Source: an uncultured delta proteobacterium (lineage in GTDB: Bacteria; Desulfobacterota; Binatia; Binatales; Binataceae). Taken from it: DNA of 64,000 nucleotides. The notes beneath the pieces were generated by a model that made no database searches, was not told where the DNA came from, and was given only the letters and a program-made list of their open reading frames with translations. Positions 20,667 through 30,641 of the stretch are shown here, piece after piece (position 1 is the stretch's first letter; every line of letters starts with the position of its first letter). The stretch lies in NCBI GenBank assembly GCA_963755705.1, contig CAVWKW010000001.1:12777-76776 (forward strand), written 5' to 3'. The translations under genes were made by a program, and so were the position numbers.

Positions 20667-21572
20667 ATGCCCGAAAGCTCCAAGCCAGCCGAACACGGTC
20701 GATCGCTCCACGAGGACGCGCGAATCGATCCGAACGGGAGCGCAAAGCTGGTCACTTTACCATGCGACGCGCCTATCGAAGACGCGATCAGATTGGTTGA
20801 GAGCGATGGCGGTGTCGTTATCCGCGATTTTCTCTCCGGCGATCTTCTTCAGCGTCTGCGCGCGGAGCTGCGGCCTTTCGTCGAAAGCGGCACGCCGGGC
20901 AGCAAGGAATCCAATCAGCTCTGGAACGTGTTTCACGGCGCGCGGACCAAGCGCTTTTGCGGACTCGCCGCGAAGTCGCAAGCGTTCGTCGAACTGCTGA
21001 TGAATCCCGCGCTGAAGGCCTACGCGGATTATTTTCTGCTTCCGCGATGCGGTAGTTATTGGCTCAACACGGGCCAGATGATGGTCATCGGTCCGGGCGA
21101 GCCGGCGCAGATGCTTCATCGCGACTCGGCCAACTGGCCGCACTTTCCGTGGCCCGCGCCGGAGGTGACGGTAAGCTGCATGTTCGCGCTGAACGATTTC
21201 GACCTCGAAAACGGCGCGACCCAGGTCGCACCGGGAAGCCATCAATGGAACGAACCCGACCGCGTGCCCGCCGCATCCGGGATAACCCAGGCGGTGATGC
21301 CCGCGGGATCGGTACTTCTTTACAGCGGCAACGTGATTCACGCGGCGGGTGAAAATCGCACTGCGGATCGCTGGCGCTGGGGCATGCACCTAAGCTGGGT
21401 GGTCGGATGGCTCCGGCCGGAGGAATGCCATTATCTGGCGGTGCCGACGGATGTTGCGCGCAAGCTGCCCGAGCGCGTGCAGCAGATGCTCGGATATCAC
21501 TCCTATCATCCGGCGGGCTACGGCGGTCGGTTGGGCCTGGTGGATTTCGAGGACGCACGGCGTTTGCTATAG
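20667..21572 (+). CDS. Phytanoyl-CoA dioxygenase (PhyH) family protein
   Basis: QMLHRD (HxD), ENGATQVAPGSH, HAAGENRT, WLRPEE. Confidence 0.9.
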   Translation: MPESSKPAEHGRSLHEDARIDPNGSAKLVTLPCDAPIEDAIRLVESDGGVVIRDFLSGDLLQRLRAELRPFVESGTPGSKESNQLWNVFHGARTKRFCGLAAKSQAFVELLMNPALKAYADYFLLPRCGSYWLNTGQMMVIGPGEPAQMLHRDSANWPHFPWPAPEVTVSCMFALNDFDLENGATQVAPGSHQWNEPDRVPAASGITQAVMPAGSVLLYSGNVIHAAGENRTADRWRWGMHLSWVVGWLRPEECHYLAVPTDVARKLPERVQQMLGYHSYHPAGYGGRLGLVDFEDARRLL

Positions 21573-21731
21573 GAAGCTTTCATGCGATCGTAGTGATTGC
21601 CTGAGGCCGCTGTATACAGTTCCTGACAATCAGATGTTGTGAATCATCCGCGCTTCGTTTTGTGGGTTGGTGCTCAATCTCCATGGCTTTGTCGGTAGTT
21701 AAATGCTTCGCTGCGCCGGGATTGAACGGCG

Positions 21732-22553
21732 GTGGTTAAACACGGTTCAGAACCGAAGCCTGAGGGGATCATTGCCCCGCAAGATACGGTAGCGGCTCGC
21801 CCGGAAGAAACCGCTTCGGACAATCCTGCTGAAAAACTGGTTGACGAACTGCGGGAAGCAGTCAAGGTTCGCGATGATTTCCTGGCCATTGCGACTCATG
21901 AACTTCGCAACCCGCTGACCCCGATTCTGCTCTGTCTGCAACTCATTCGCGCCGCGGAGGCGTCAAATGACCGGTCGAAACTGATCCACGAGATTGATCG
22001 CCTCGAACGGCAGATCAAACATTTCCTTGCGCGCACCAATGTCCTGCTCGAAGTTGCGCAAATCACCTCGGGCAAGTCCCATCTGGATCCGTCGCAGTTG
22101 AACCTGTCGGACTTGATCTCGGGTATTGTGAACGACTACATGCCGTTGGTGGTTCGCAGCGGCTCAGCCCTGACTATGAACATTCAGAACGAGGTCACAG
22201 CGTTCCTTGATCGAATCGCGGTTTCGGAAATCGTGGAAAATTTACTTTCCAACGCGATCAAGTATGGCCGCGGCAAGCCGATCGAAATCGCTCTGACGGC
22301 GTCAGCCGAAATGGCGCAGATAACCGTTCGTGACAGCGGTATCGGCATCGACGAAAAAGATAAGGCACGCATATTCGAACGTTTTGAACGCGCGGTGCAC
22401 GGGCAAGCTCATTCAGGCTTCGGAGTTGGCTTGTGGCTGTCTCGCAATCTCGCAGAATTGATGGGCGGCTCCATTACCGTAATCGGGGAATCTGGCGTGG
22501 GTTCGCATTTTACCGTGACCTTGCCGACCAAACAGGGGAAAATCCATGAGTAG
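21732..22553 (+). CDS. Cytoplasmic histidine kinase lacking a sensor domain
   Basis: H-box ATHELRNPL, N-box NLLSNAIKY, DSGIGI, GFGVGL. Confidence 0.9.
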   Translation: MVKHGSEPKPEGIIAPQDTVAARPEETASDNPAEKLVDELREAVKVRDDFLAIATHELRNPLTPILLCLQLIRAAEASNDRSKLIHEIDRLERQIKHFLARTNVLLEVAQITSGKSHLDPSQLNLSDLISGIVNDYMPLVVRSGSALTMNIQNEVTAFLDRIAVSEIVENLLSNAIKYGRGKPIEIALTASAEMAQITVRDSGIGIDEKDKARIFERFERAVHGQAHSGFGVGLWLSRNLAELMGGSITVIGESGVGSHFTVTLPTKQGKIHE

Positions 22554-24006
22554 TGACGTTCGACCGCTTACGCGCGTTCGCTCTGGGGTTAAAGGACTCG
22601 ACGATATTCTGAGCGGTGGATTTTTCGGAGGCGGACTTTACATCGTCGAGGGTCCTCCTGGAGTTGGTAAGACGATTCTTGGGAATCAAATTTGCTTCAA
22701 TCAAGCAGCAGCCGGAAGCAGGGTTCTGTATGTCACGCTGATCGCCGAAACGGTTGGGCGCATGCTTCTCAACATTAGAGGTCTGAAGTTCTTTGACGAG
22801 GCCGTGGTCGGCAACGGCATCTTCTATGTCAGTGGCTACAACGCGTTGAAAAAAGACGGCCTGTCCGGATTGCTTCATCTGCTGCGCAGAGAAGTCTCCG
22901 GGCGCAAGGCGACCACGCTGATCGTCAACGGCTTTGCTTCAACCTCCGATCATTCGCAGTCGCGGGAGGAATTGAAGTTGTTCGTGCAGCAGTTGCAGAC
23001 CCAGGCTGATGCATCGGACTGCACCGTCTTTCTGCTCACGAATCCCGCCGAACAGAAGCCTTCATCGGAAGAAACCATGGTGGACGGAATAATCAACCTG
23101 AGCACCACCGTCCACGAATGGCGCTCGGCGCGCGAATTGTGCGTGCGAAAATTCCGCGGCAGCGGATATCTTCAAGGGGTCCACTCCTATGACATCACCG
23201 AAGAAGGGATCACGGTCTATCCCCGGATCGAGACGCTGATCAGCCCGATCACCGCTCTCAACGGAGAAGCAAAGAGAGTGTTATCCGGAAATCTCCGGCT
23301 CGATGCGATGCTTGGCGGCGGATTCCCTGCGCGATCGGCGACGATGGTTATCGGACCTTCTGGAACAGGTAAGACCAGTCTGGGTCTGCAATTTCTCTCA
23401 CAATCAAATGCCGCCGAGCCGGGATTGCTGTTCGGATTTTATGAAACTCCGGCGCGAATCCGCGCCAAGGCCACGGCGATTTGTCCGCCGCTGCTGCAGC
23501 AACTCGATGCCGGTCACGTGCAGATTCTGTGGCAGGCGCCAACGGACCAGTTTCTCGATGAACTCGCGGATCGGATGCTGCGCGATATCAAAAAAAGAAA
23601 AGTGAAGCGTCTGCTGATCGATGGTCTCGGCGGATTCAAAAGAGCGCTCCGTTCGAGGCCGATCGAGCCGTTCTTTTCCGCGCTGGTCCATGAGCTACGC
23701 GCGCAGGGAGTCACATCGGTCTGCACCGCGGAAGTTATGGAAATCGTCGGACCGACGATTACCGTGCCGCTGCAGGGATTGTCTGACGTCACCGATAATC
23801 ACCTCTTGCTACGCTTTGTCGAATCGGGTGCGAGCTTGTATCGGATGCTTTCGATACTCAAGGTGCGTGACAGCGCGTTCGATTCTGATTTGCGAGAACT
23901 CCGTTTCGGCGTTAGCGGGTTTGAACTCGCCGAAAACTCCGCGAGCGTCAAATCAATTCTGCCGAGGGCGGCTACGAAACCCCCAACCGAGGTGACTCAA
24001 GACTAA
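22546..24006 (+). CDS. KaiC-like double-domain ATPase
   Basis: Two RecA domains with Walker A GPPGVGKT and GPSGTGKT; RKFRG and KVRDS arginine-finger regions. Confidence 0.9.
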   Translation: MSSDVRPLTRVRSGVKGLDDILSGGFFGGGLYIVEGPPGVGKTILGNQICFNQAAAGSRVLYVTLIAETVGRMLLNIRGLKFFDEAVVGNGIFYVSGYNALKKDGLSGLLHLLRREVSGRKATTLIVNGFASTSDHSQSREELKLFVQQLQTQADASDCTVFLLTNPAEQKPSSEETMVDGIINLSTTVHEWRSARELCVRKFRGSGYLQGVHSYDITEEGITVYPRIETLISPITALNGEAKRVLSGNLRLDAMLGGGFPARSATMVIGPSGTGKTSLGLQFLSQSNAAEPGLLFGFYETPARIRAKATAICPPLLQQLDAGHVQILWQAPTDQFLDELADRMLRDIKKRKVKRLLIDGLGGFKRALRSRPIEPFFSALVHELRAQGVTSVCTAEVMEIVGPTITVPLQGLSDVTDNHLLLRFVESGASLYRMLSILKVRDSAFDSDLRELRFGVSGFELAENSASVKSILPRAATKPPTEVTQD

Positions 24007-24022
24007 GAGACGAGTGGGGCGG

Positions 24023-24442
24023 ATGGAGAACAGCCAAAAGGCCAGTCTGGCTGGCAAGACCATTCTAATCGTCGATGATGAATTCGGAGTCCTCGAGGTT
24101 CTCGAATTCATCCTCAGCGATGCCGGGTATACCGTGGTGTCCGCGGTCAACGGGCAAGATGCGCTGGCTCGCCTCGAGGATACCACGCCGGACCTGGTCA
24201 TCGTGGACTTCATGATGCCGATTCTCGACGGCAACGGAGTTATCAAGGCGATCCGCTCGGACGATAAGTTGCGGAACGTTCCGATAATTCTGGCCAGCGC
24301 ATTGCCTGAACAAACGATCCGGCAGCGCTGCGAGGGTTATAATACCTTTTTGCGCAAACCCTACCGCACCGAACAACTGATGGAAGAAATTTCCAAGCTG
24401 ATTGCGGGCGACGGCCGCCCGCCCAAGACTGATCCTCGCTAA
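24023..24442 (+). CDS. Stand-alone response regulator receiver
   Basis: ILIVDDE, DFMMP, FLRKPY. Confidence 0.92.
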   Translation: MENSQKASLAGKTILIVDDEFGVLEVLEFILSDAGYTVVSAVNGQDALARLEDTTPDLVIVDFMMPILDGNGVIKAIRSDDKLRNVPIILASALPEQTIRQRCEGYNTFLRKPYRTEQLMEEISKLIAGDGRPPKTDPR

Positions 24443-24567
24443 TTCATGCGCGATCCGCCCGCGGACGCAATCTCAATCTTCGACAACCGGAGCTTGGCGA
24501 ACCCAAGAAAAAGGTGGCGCGAACCGGTGTTCGCGCCACCTTCTGGTGAAGTAGTGAATCGGGTTGG

Positions 24568-25131
24568 TTACTGCGTGACGGTGGGTGTGACGATAGTCGG
24601 CGTGATGTTGATCGTGCCGCCCGTGTCTCCTTTGAATTGCTTGCCGCAGTTCGCCCATCTGTAATTTCCCAGGATCTGCCCGCCGCCCGCGGTAGTGCTC
24701 TTGAACCTGATGTGGCAGCTCCTCTTATCGAATTGGCCGCTCGCCAATTGGAAGTTCACCCGCCGAGACGAGGACCTGCCTCTGAAATCGCCCAAAAACT
24801 CCGGCACCGCATTGAAGGTCGCAGTCCAGCCACCGTTTAGTTTCCGCCTGTTTTGGCTAAACGTAATCGTGAAATCTCCAGCCCCCATCTTGTGGTCACT
24901 AATGGTCCCGCTCCATGCGCCGGTGACGCTGATCGGGAGAGCATCGGGAGAATCGGTGTCGGCTCCGTCGCTCGCGTCCATTGCCGATGAATCAGCGGGC
25001 GCCGAATCCTGAGCGCCGATCTCTTGCGCGTGAGCGGAAGAGACGATTGCGGGCAAGGTCATTGTACCTATCCATACCATCGCTCCGAACAACGCGCTGG
25101 CCATGGATATCTTCGCTATCGGAAAACTCAT
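24568..25131 (-). CDS. Exported hypothetical protein (small beta-barrel-like)
   Basis: GGAGG RBS, signal peptide ending AHA, SVTGAWSG, one Cys pair. Confidence 0.65.
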   Translation of the reverse strand: MSFPIAKISMASALFGAMVWIGTMTLPAIVSSAHAQEIGAQDSAPADSSAMDASDGADTDSPDALPISVTGAWSGTISDHKMGAGDFTITFSQNRRKLNGGWTATFNAVPEFLGDFRGRSSSRRVNFQLASGQFDKRSCHIRFKSTTAGGGQILGNYRWANCGKQFKGDTGGTINITPTIVTPTVTQ

Positions 25132-25403
25132 CTCAAACATCCTCCACTGAATGATGACTATTGAATGATGACTATCGACGCGGTCAGACCCAGCAAGCCG
25201 TGTGCCGGAGGTCAAACCTTGGATAATGCCTCAAAAAAGTTATCGTTTGCGCACTGGCATCGCAATATCAAATAGAGACTGTGAAGAAATTGCAATTTGG
25301 ATCTCAGAATAATCAATTCCCCCAGCCGGCGTGGCCTGCGAGTACTTGACTTCTGATCAGTGACCGGCGTGTGATCCGCTTCGGAGCCAAGGAGGTCCTC
25401 GCC

Positions 25404-26519
25404 ATGGCCAAGGTCATCGACTCTGACGGTCACGTGGTCGAGCCACGCGCCGTCTGGACCGAATATATCGAGCCGGAGTTTCGCGATGGCGTGATCCAGA
25501 TTCGTCGCAATCACGACGGAATGGACCAACTCTGGATCAATGGCGAAAACCGCAGCCGCGCCTCGCTGCCGGTGGCCGCATCGATGATCCCCGGCGGGCT
25601 GAAAGATCTCGAGCGCGCGCGAACTCTGACCTGGGACGACGTGCCGGCTGGCGGATGGAATCCGCGCGAGCGCCTGAAGGTAATGGACGCCGAGGGTATC
25701 GACGTCGCGGTGCTGTACCCATCACTGTGGCTTCTGTACGGAGATCTGATCGAACCCAAATTGGCGGCGGCCGCGTGCCGAGCCTACAACAACTGGATGG
25801 CCGACTTCTGCAAAGAGTCCCCGTCGCGGCTGTACGCGGTCGCGCCGATGCCGCTGCAGGACGTCAACGAAGCGGTGCGCGAGATGCGGCGCGTCGTGCG
25901 CGAGCTCGGATTCAAGGCGGTCTTCGTCCGGCCGAATCCTTTCGCCGGCCGGCGGCTCAACGATCCGGCTTATGAACGCTTCTGGCAGACGGCGCAGGAG
26001 TTGAACGTCGCGGTCGCGGTCCATTCGAGCTTCGGCACAAAAATGCCGACGATGGGTGCCGATCGTTATCGCGATCCGTTCTTCTTCCACATGGTCTGTC
26101 ATCCGTTCGAGCAACAGGGCGCGTGCATGGACGTGATCTGCGGCGGCGTGTTGCAGAAGTACCCGAAGCTGCGCGTGGGATTCCTCGAGTCGGGCGTCGG
26201 ATGGCTTGGCTACTGGCTGGACCGGATGGACGAACACTTCGAGGGCATGCACAGCTATGTTCCGTGGCTGCGCGAGCGCCCGAGCGACCAGTTTCGCGAA
26301 CACTGCTTCGTCACGCTCGATCCGCACGAGACGATGCTAAAAGCGACCACCGTGGACATGCGCATGGAGGGAAATATTCTGTGGGGCTCCGATTTTCCCC
26401 ACTTCGACTGCACCTATCCGGGAATTGTCGGTGAGATCAAACAAGCGTGCGCGAAACTGCCCGAATCCGCGCGCCGCGCGATCATCACCGACAACGCCCT
26501 TCGCTTCTACGATCTCTGA
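25404..26519 (+). CDS. Amidohydrolase_2 family protein
   Basis: IDSDGHV, AYNNWMADFC, FLESGVGW, WGSDFPH, NALRFY; AGGAGG RBS. Confidence 0.92.
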   Translation: MAKVIDSDGHVVEPRAVWTEYIEPEFRDGVIQIRRNHDGMDQLWINGENRSRASLPVAASMIPGGLKDLERARTLTWDDVPAGGWNPRERLKVMDAEGIDVAVLYPSLWLLYGDLIEPKLAAAACRAYNNWMADFCKESPSRLYAVAPMPLQDVNEAVREMRRVVRELGFKAVFVRPNPFAGRRLNDPAYERFWQTAQELNVAVAVHSSFGTKMPTMGADRYRDPFFFHMVCHPFEQQGACMDVICGGVLQKYPKLRVGFLESGVGWLGYWLDRMDEHFEGMHSYVPWLRERPSDQFREHCFVTLDPHETMLKATTVDMRMEGNILWGSDFPHFDCTYPGIVGEIKQACAKLPESARRAIITDNALRFYDL

Positions 26520-26526
26520 GAACGCG

Positions 26527-27093
26527 TCACTTCACGCCGACGATCTCGGCGGTCGAGCAGTGATAGACCATCGTGGGCGCGCCGAAACACCAGATGAGAT
26601 CGCTGTCCTTCTGCGCTCGATATAGCGGCAGCTCGCCTTCCGTGTTGGTGCAGAGGCAGCGGCCGCACGGGGTCTTTCCGCAGCAATCGCGATAGCTGAC
26701 GATATAATCCTTGCCGTCGCCGGGATGCTTGCAGGTCCCGACCCACGAGGTTGGCGAAGGCGACGCGCCCGGCGGGCAATCGTGCGAGCCGCCGCCGCAG
26801 CACGAGCACAGGTAACCGTCGATCGCGCAGTATTTCCAGTAGTCGCAGGCCGAGTCGTCGTTCGGATTTCCTTGCTTCGCCATCGCTTCCATTCCTGCCG
26901 GGACCGGCGCGCCGGGCGGCAGCGTAGGAAGAATCTGCGCGCGCGCCGAAGCGGTCACGCGATCGACGGGCAGCAACGGAATAATCATTCCGCCGACCGC
27001 CAGCTTGCCCAGACGCGCAAGAAAACTGCGGCGCGAGGTTCGCTGCGCAATCGCGCGGGTCAGATGCTCGAAGAGTTGGTCGATCTTGTCCAC
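26527..27093 (-). CDS. mauA: TTQ amine (methylamine/aralkylamine) dehydrogenase light chain
   Basis: Tat motif SRRSFL, CDYWKYCAIDG (Trp57 equivalent), YRDCCGK, IWCFG (Trp108 equivalent), YHCS. Confidence 0.93.
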   Translation of the reverse strand: MDKIDQLFEHLTRAIAQRTSRRSFLARLGKLAVGGMIIPLLPVDRVTASARAQILPTLPPGAPVPAGMEAMAKQGNPNDDSACDYWKYCAIDGYLCSCCGGGSHDCPPGASPSPTSWVGTCKHPGDGKDYIVSYRDCCGKTPCGRCLCTNTEGELPLYRAQKDSDLIWCFGAPTMVYHCSTAEIVGVK

Positions 27094-27108
27094 TTCCGCT
27101 CTCGTGCC

Positions 27109-28245
27109 TCAGGGACCGTAAATCAGAAACGGAACGCCAAGGTTGCGATAGACACCGATATATTTACCGTCGGGCAGGCTATAGGTCTCGAGCTGACTCT
27201 GGATTATCGCTAGTGCTTGGAGAATAGGCTTGGGACCGGCGCTTGCGCGAATCGAATAAGCCTCGGTCTTGAGCGCGATCCGCGCGACGCGGGTTTTCTT
27301 TGCCACATCGAAGACCCAAACCTCCTTGCCGGTCTGCTTGTGGGTCCATTCGCCGCCCTGATGCATCAGCAGATAGACACTTCCGTCGGCGGTGGCCGAG
27401 ATTGTTTGCCATCCGCCGGGCCGCCAGTTGGCTTTGTTATCTTCATCCGACACCGCGGACCATCCGGGCTCGGCAACCGCCTCGTCGCCGGAGAGGTCAA
27501 CCTTGTAGATCATCCCGCGATAGGAATCGAAGTACGCGGTGGTCCCGGCGATCGCGGGCTGATCGAAGACTGGATCTTTCGCCGGATCGAAAAATGGCTT
27601 CGATTGTTTGCGACTCTCGAGCTTGCCGGTGTCCTCGAGATTCACGGTCAGGATCGATCCGTCCGCGCACATCGAGGAAAATTTGCGCACACCCGAAGCC
27701 AGCACCTGGACGCATCCGGGCGTTTCGATCTCGCCGACGAACTTCCGTGACTTCAAATCGACGACGCTGACCGAGGTCGCCGGCGTCATGTTCGCAATCA
27801 GCATGAAGCGCCCGTCGGTGGTGACGGCGGCGGAGTTGTCCTTCGGGACGATCAGCAGCCGCTTCGGCGGAATCTTTACTTCGCTTTTGAATTCGAGCGT
27901 GCGCGCGTCGAAGATCTCGACCGCGTCGGTGCGCGTGCCATGCCATGCGCGCGAGTAAAACGTCCCGACCATGTACAGCTCGCTTGCGTCGGGCGCCGCG
28001 ACGAAACTCGCCAGGTAGCCGCCGTTTAATTGGCCGAGCATCTTCTGCGCGTCGGTGTCGAGAATATAAACTTTGCTGACCTGAGGAACCGAACTCGGGC
28101 TGTCGAAGATGTAGGCCCAATGCGGAGCCGGCGCGCCGAGCTTGTACGAGGTCATCTGGTCAGGCGGAAGCTGCGCGCGCGCGGAAATCGGCGCTGCGCT
28201 TAGCGCAAGCAGTGCGGCGGCAACGATAGCGAAACGGCGGCGCAT
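27109..28245 (-). CDS. mauB: Amine dehydrogenase heavy chain (beta-propeller)
   Basis: TFYSR..G.RTD, NMTPATSVSVVDL, PGC, CADGS, WRPGGWQ, GEWTHK...EVWV. Confidence 0.9.
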   Translation of the reverse strand: MRRRFAIVAAALLALSAAPISARAQLPPDQMTSYKLGAPAPHWAYIFDSPSSVPQVSKVYILDTDAQKMLGQLNGGYLASFVAAPDASELYMVGTFYSRAWHGTRTDAVEIFDARTLEFKSEVKIPPKRLLIVPKDNSAAVTTDGRFMLIANMTPATSVSVVDLKSRKFVGEIETPGCVQVLASGVRKFSSMCADGSILTVNLEDTGKLESRKQSKPFFDPAKDPVFDQPAIAGTTAYFDSYRGMIYKVDLSGDEAVAEPGWSAVSDEDNKANWRPGGWQTISATADGSVYLLMHQGGEWTHKQTGKEVWVFDVAKKTRVARIALKTEAYSIRASAGPKPILQALAIIQSQLETYSLPDGKYIGVYRNLGVPFLIYGP

Positions 28246-28299
28246 CGGCTCTCGAATCAAGCCTGATTAGTACAGCCCATCCGGGTTCGTCAAGCCTGA

Positions 28300-28722
28300 C
28301 TATTTTCGTGCGGTTTTGGCTTTCACCCGCGGCGCTTCGATGCGCAAGCGGGCGGCAGCCAGGCGCTTTGGCGCTAACATCTGGTAGCCGTCGTTCAGGA
28401 TCGCCGCCAGCTCGTCCCAGCGGACTTTCACGTCCAGGCGCACGCCGACCCATCCTTTGGGTCCCACGTAGGGCGGCTTGAAAAATCGCTTCGGGTCCGA
28501 ACCGACCAGGATCTCCTGCACCATCGCCGGCGCTTTGATCCAAACCGCGATATGGCCGCTGTTGTGATGGTTGTTGTCGGTCATTGCGAACATCTTGCCG
28601 CCGACTCGGAAGGTGCATTCGCCCCACGCTTCCTTTTCGGTCGTATCGGGAAGCGCGAGGCAAATCTCGCGCAGCCGCTTTATCGCGGGGTTGGAATCGT
28701 CATATTTGCGTGGATGCGCCAT
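28300..28722 (-). CDS. MmcQ/YjbR family protein
   Basis: LREICLALP, FRVGGKMFA, PPYVGPKGWVGV. Confidence 0.88.
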   Translation of the reverse strand: MAHPRKYDDSNPAIKRLREICLALPDTTEKEAWGECTFRVGGKMFAMTDNNHHNSGHIAVWIKAPAMVQEILVGSDPKRFFKPPYVGPKGWVGVRLDVKVRWDELAAILNDGYQMLAPKRLAAARLRIEAPRVKAKTARK

Positions 28723-28739
28723 CGATCACGCGTGCGTGG

Positions 28740-29216
28740 TCACGCTTGTTTGCTCATGGCGGCCATCCGCTTTTTCATCTCTTCGGGCGATACGTCTTCG
28801 ACATGGCTCGAGATATCCCATGAATGTCCGGAGGGATCCTTCACCTGCGCGTTGCGATCGCCGTAGAACTGATCGGCAGGCTCCCTGAGCGAGGTAGCGC
28901 CGGCGGTAAGCGCCGCTTTGTAAACCGCGTCGATATCTTCTACATAGATATGAATCGCCACCGGTGAGCGGCCCGCGCCCAGCGCGATCGGGCTCAGGAA
29001 TCCCATATCCGGAAATTCGTCGGAGAGCATTATCCCCGCGCCGCCGATCGCGAGCTCCGCATGGCCGATCCTGCCGTCGGGCATATCCAGGCGCAGGTTC
29101 TCGGTCGCACCAAAAACTTGCTTGTAAAAATCGATCATTCTGCGGGCATCGCGCACGATGAGATAAGGCGTGATGCTGCGCGCGGGATCGGGGATGGGGT
29201 TCACTTTTGAGGCCAT
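28740..29216 (-). CDS. VOC/glyoxalase (PhnB-like) protein
   Basis: ITPYL, HAEL, DQFYGDR, DPSGHSW. Confidence 0.9.
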   Translation of the reverse strand: MASKVNPIPDPARSITPYLIVRDARRMIDFYKQVFGATENLRLDMPDGRIGHAELAIGGAGIMLSDEFPDMGFLSPIALGAGRSPVAIHIYVEDIDAVYKAALTAGATSLREPADQFYGDRNAQVKDPSGHSWDISSHVEDVSPEEMKKRMAAMSKQA

Positions 29217-29425
29217 CGGTAATCTCCTCGGCATTTACTTTGAGTGTCACGAGCGCGATCGCCGCTCAACCGCTCACATTGCCGCTATTACCTAAACCGT
29301 CGTAACGCAAGAAAGTTACGGGCGCGCCGCAAGCTCGCGACACGCCCGATATCAATAAACTTTACCGCGGCGCATCGATCACGCGCATCGCCGATCCGTG
29401 GACCATGCGGCTATTCTCAGCTCTG

Positions 29426-30436
29426 TCACGTCTTCGGATGCGGCGTGCCGATATATGGGAACTCCTTCAGAATGTCGGTATGCGGCTTAAGTCCGTCGGA
29501 AGGGCATTCGCCCTTGGTCAGGAAAGCGAGGCGATGATCGATGACATCGTCGGTGAAAACGCGGCCGTTGGGATACTTCGCGGGCTTCGACGGATTGAAG
29601 TTCAGCATGTCGGGCAACAAACCGTCGGCGTCGATTGCGGCGATTGCTTCTTCCCGAGTGTAGTTGCCGGTATGCCCCATCAGGTGGACGAACTGATCCG
29701 TCCAGCGCTTGCGATCATTAACTGGCTCGCTGGCGTTGTATTCCAGTTTGGTCTCGTCGGTGTTGAAAAAGCTGCTGACGCTCGGGTGACCTGCGCGATC
29801 GACATGAAGCAGCTTGCCGTCTTTGCGCACACTGCATCGCCCCCAGATGCGGATTTCGGGCTTGGCATTTAGCTCAATCGTCGGCAGCTCGATCACCGTC
29901 GAAAACACATTGGCCTGCGTATTCGAATCCACACCGGTCCATGGAGACTTGCCGCTCAAGTGGGGTGCGGTGAAGTTTCTGCCGCCCTTGGTGTCGAACA
30001 GGGCTTTGATTCCGTCGAAGTCGAAAAAGAAAGCGTCGCTGCGAGCACCGGCGAAGAACGTGTAGGCGCCGGCCTTCACGATGTTAGGTTTGGCGCCGAA
30101 GGAAACCTCAGCGTCGGCGATGATCTTCGCGCCGGCCGCTTCGACCGAGCGCGATTCTGCGCCTTTTGCCACAAAGACGTTCACGGTCTGCTTACCGTTT
30201 TGCGGCGGCGAGAACACATAGCTGATCGCGAGGTCCGTCAGGCAATCTCCATCGTTGTCGATGTTGAGGCGGTAGATGGCATCGGGATGGAGCGCGTCGG
30301 CAGTGGGATTTGCATTGAGAATGATCACGGTCCGCGCGGGGTCCGCGGGCGATTGGAACGCGTAGAGGTCGCACAGGTCGAGTCGCTGGTCGCCGAGGGG
30401 AGGTCCGAGGTTCAAGCCGGTAAAATGATTCGACAT
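29426..30436 (-). CDS. DUF4331 family protein
   Basis: DLCDLYAF, FFAGARSDAFFFD, DRAGHP, YPNGRVFTDDVID, FPYIGTP; AAGGAG RBS. Confidence 0.85.
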   Translation of the reverse strand: MSNHFTGLNLGPPLGDQRLDLCDLYAFQSPADPARTVIILNANPTADALHPDAIYRLNIDNDGDCLTDLAISYVFSPPQNGKQTVNVFVAKGAESRSVEAAGAKIIADAEVSFGAKPNIVKAGAYTFFAGARSDAFFFDFDGIKALFDTKGGRNFTAPHLSGKSPWTGVDSNTQANVFSTVIELPTIELNAKPEIRIWGRCSVRKDGKLLHVDRAGHPSVSSFFNTDETKLEYNASEPVNDRKRWTDQFVHLMGHTGNYTREEAIAAIDADGLLPDMLNFNPSKPAKYPNGRVFTDDVIDHRLAFLTKGECPSDGLKPHTDILKEFPYIGTPHPKT

Positions 30437-30641
30437 TTGAATCTCCTTTTTTCGAAATGATTTCTGGTACGAGAGCTGCGGCGCGAGAACGAACTCTCCC
30501 GCGGAGATGCCGCCTCCTGATTATGGAGTCAGATATCGAAATTCTCAAGGACAATGCGTGGCGAGCTGATAAGTCGGAATGCTTCGCGATCACCTCAAAG
30601 CCGGTCAGCTTACGCAACTATCGGCCGCGACCGCTCGCCGC

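Noticed and set aside
22546-24006. True circadian clock (kaiABC)
   Set aside because: No kaiA or kaiB in the window, and the ST phosphosite pair and EE motifs are altered.
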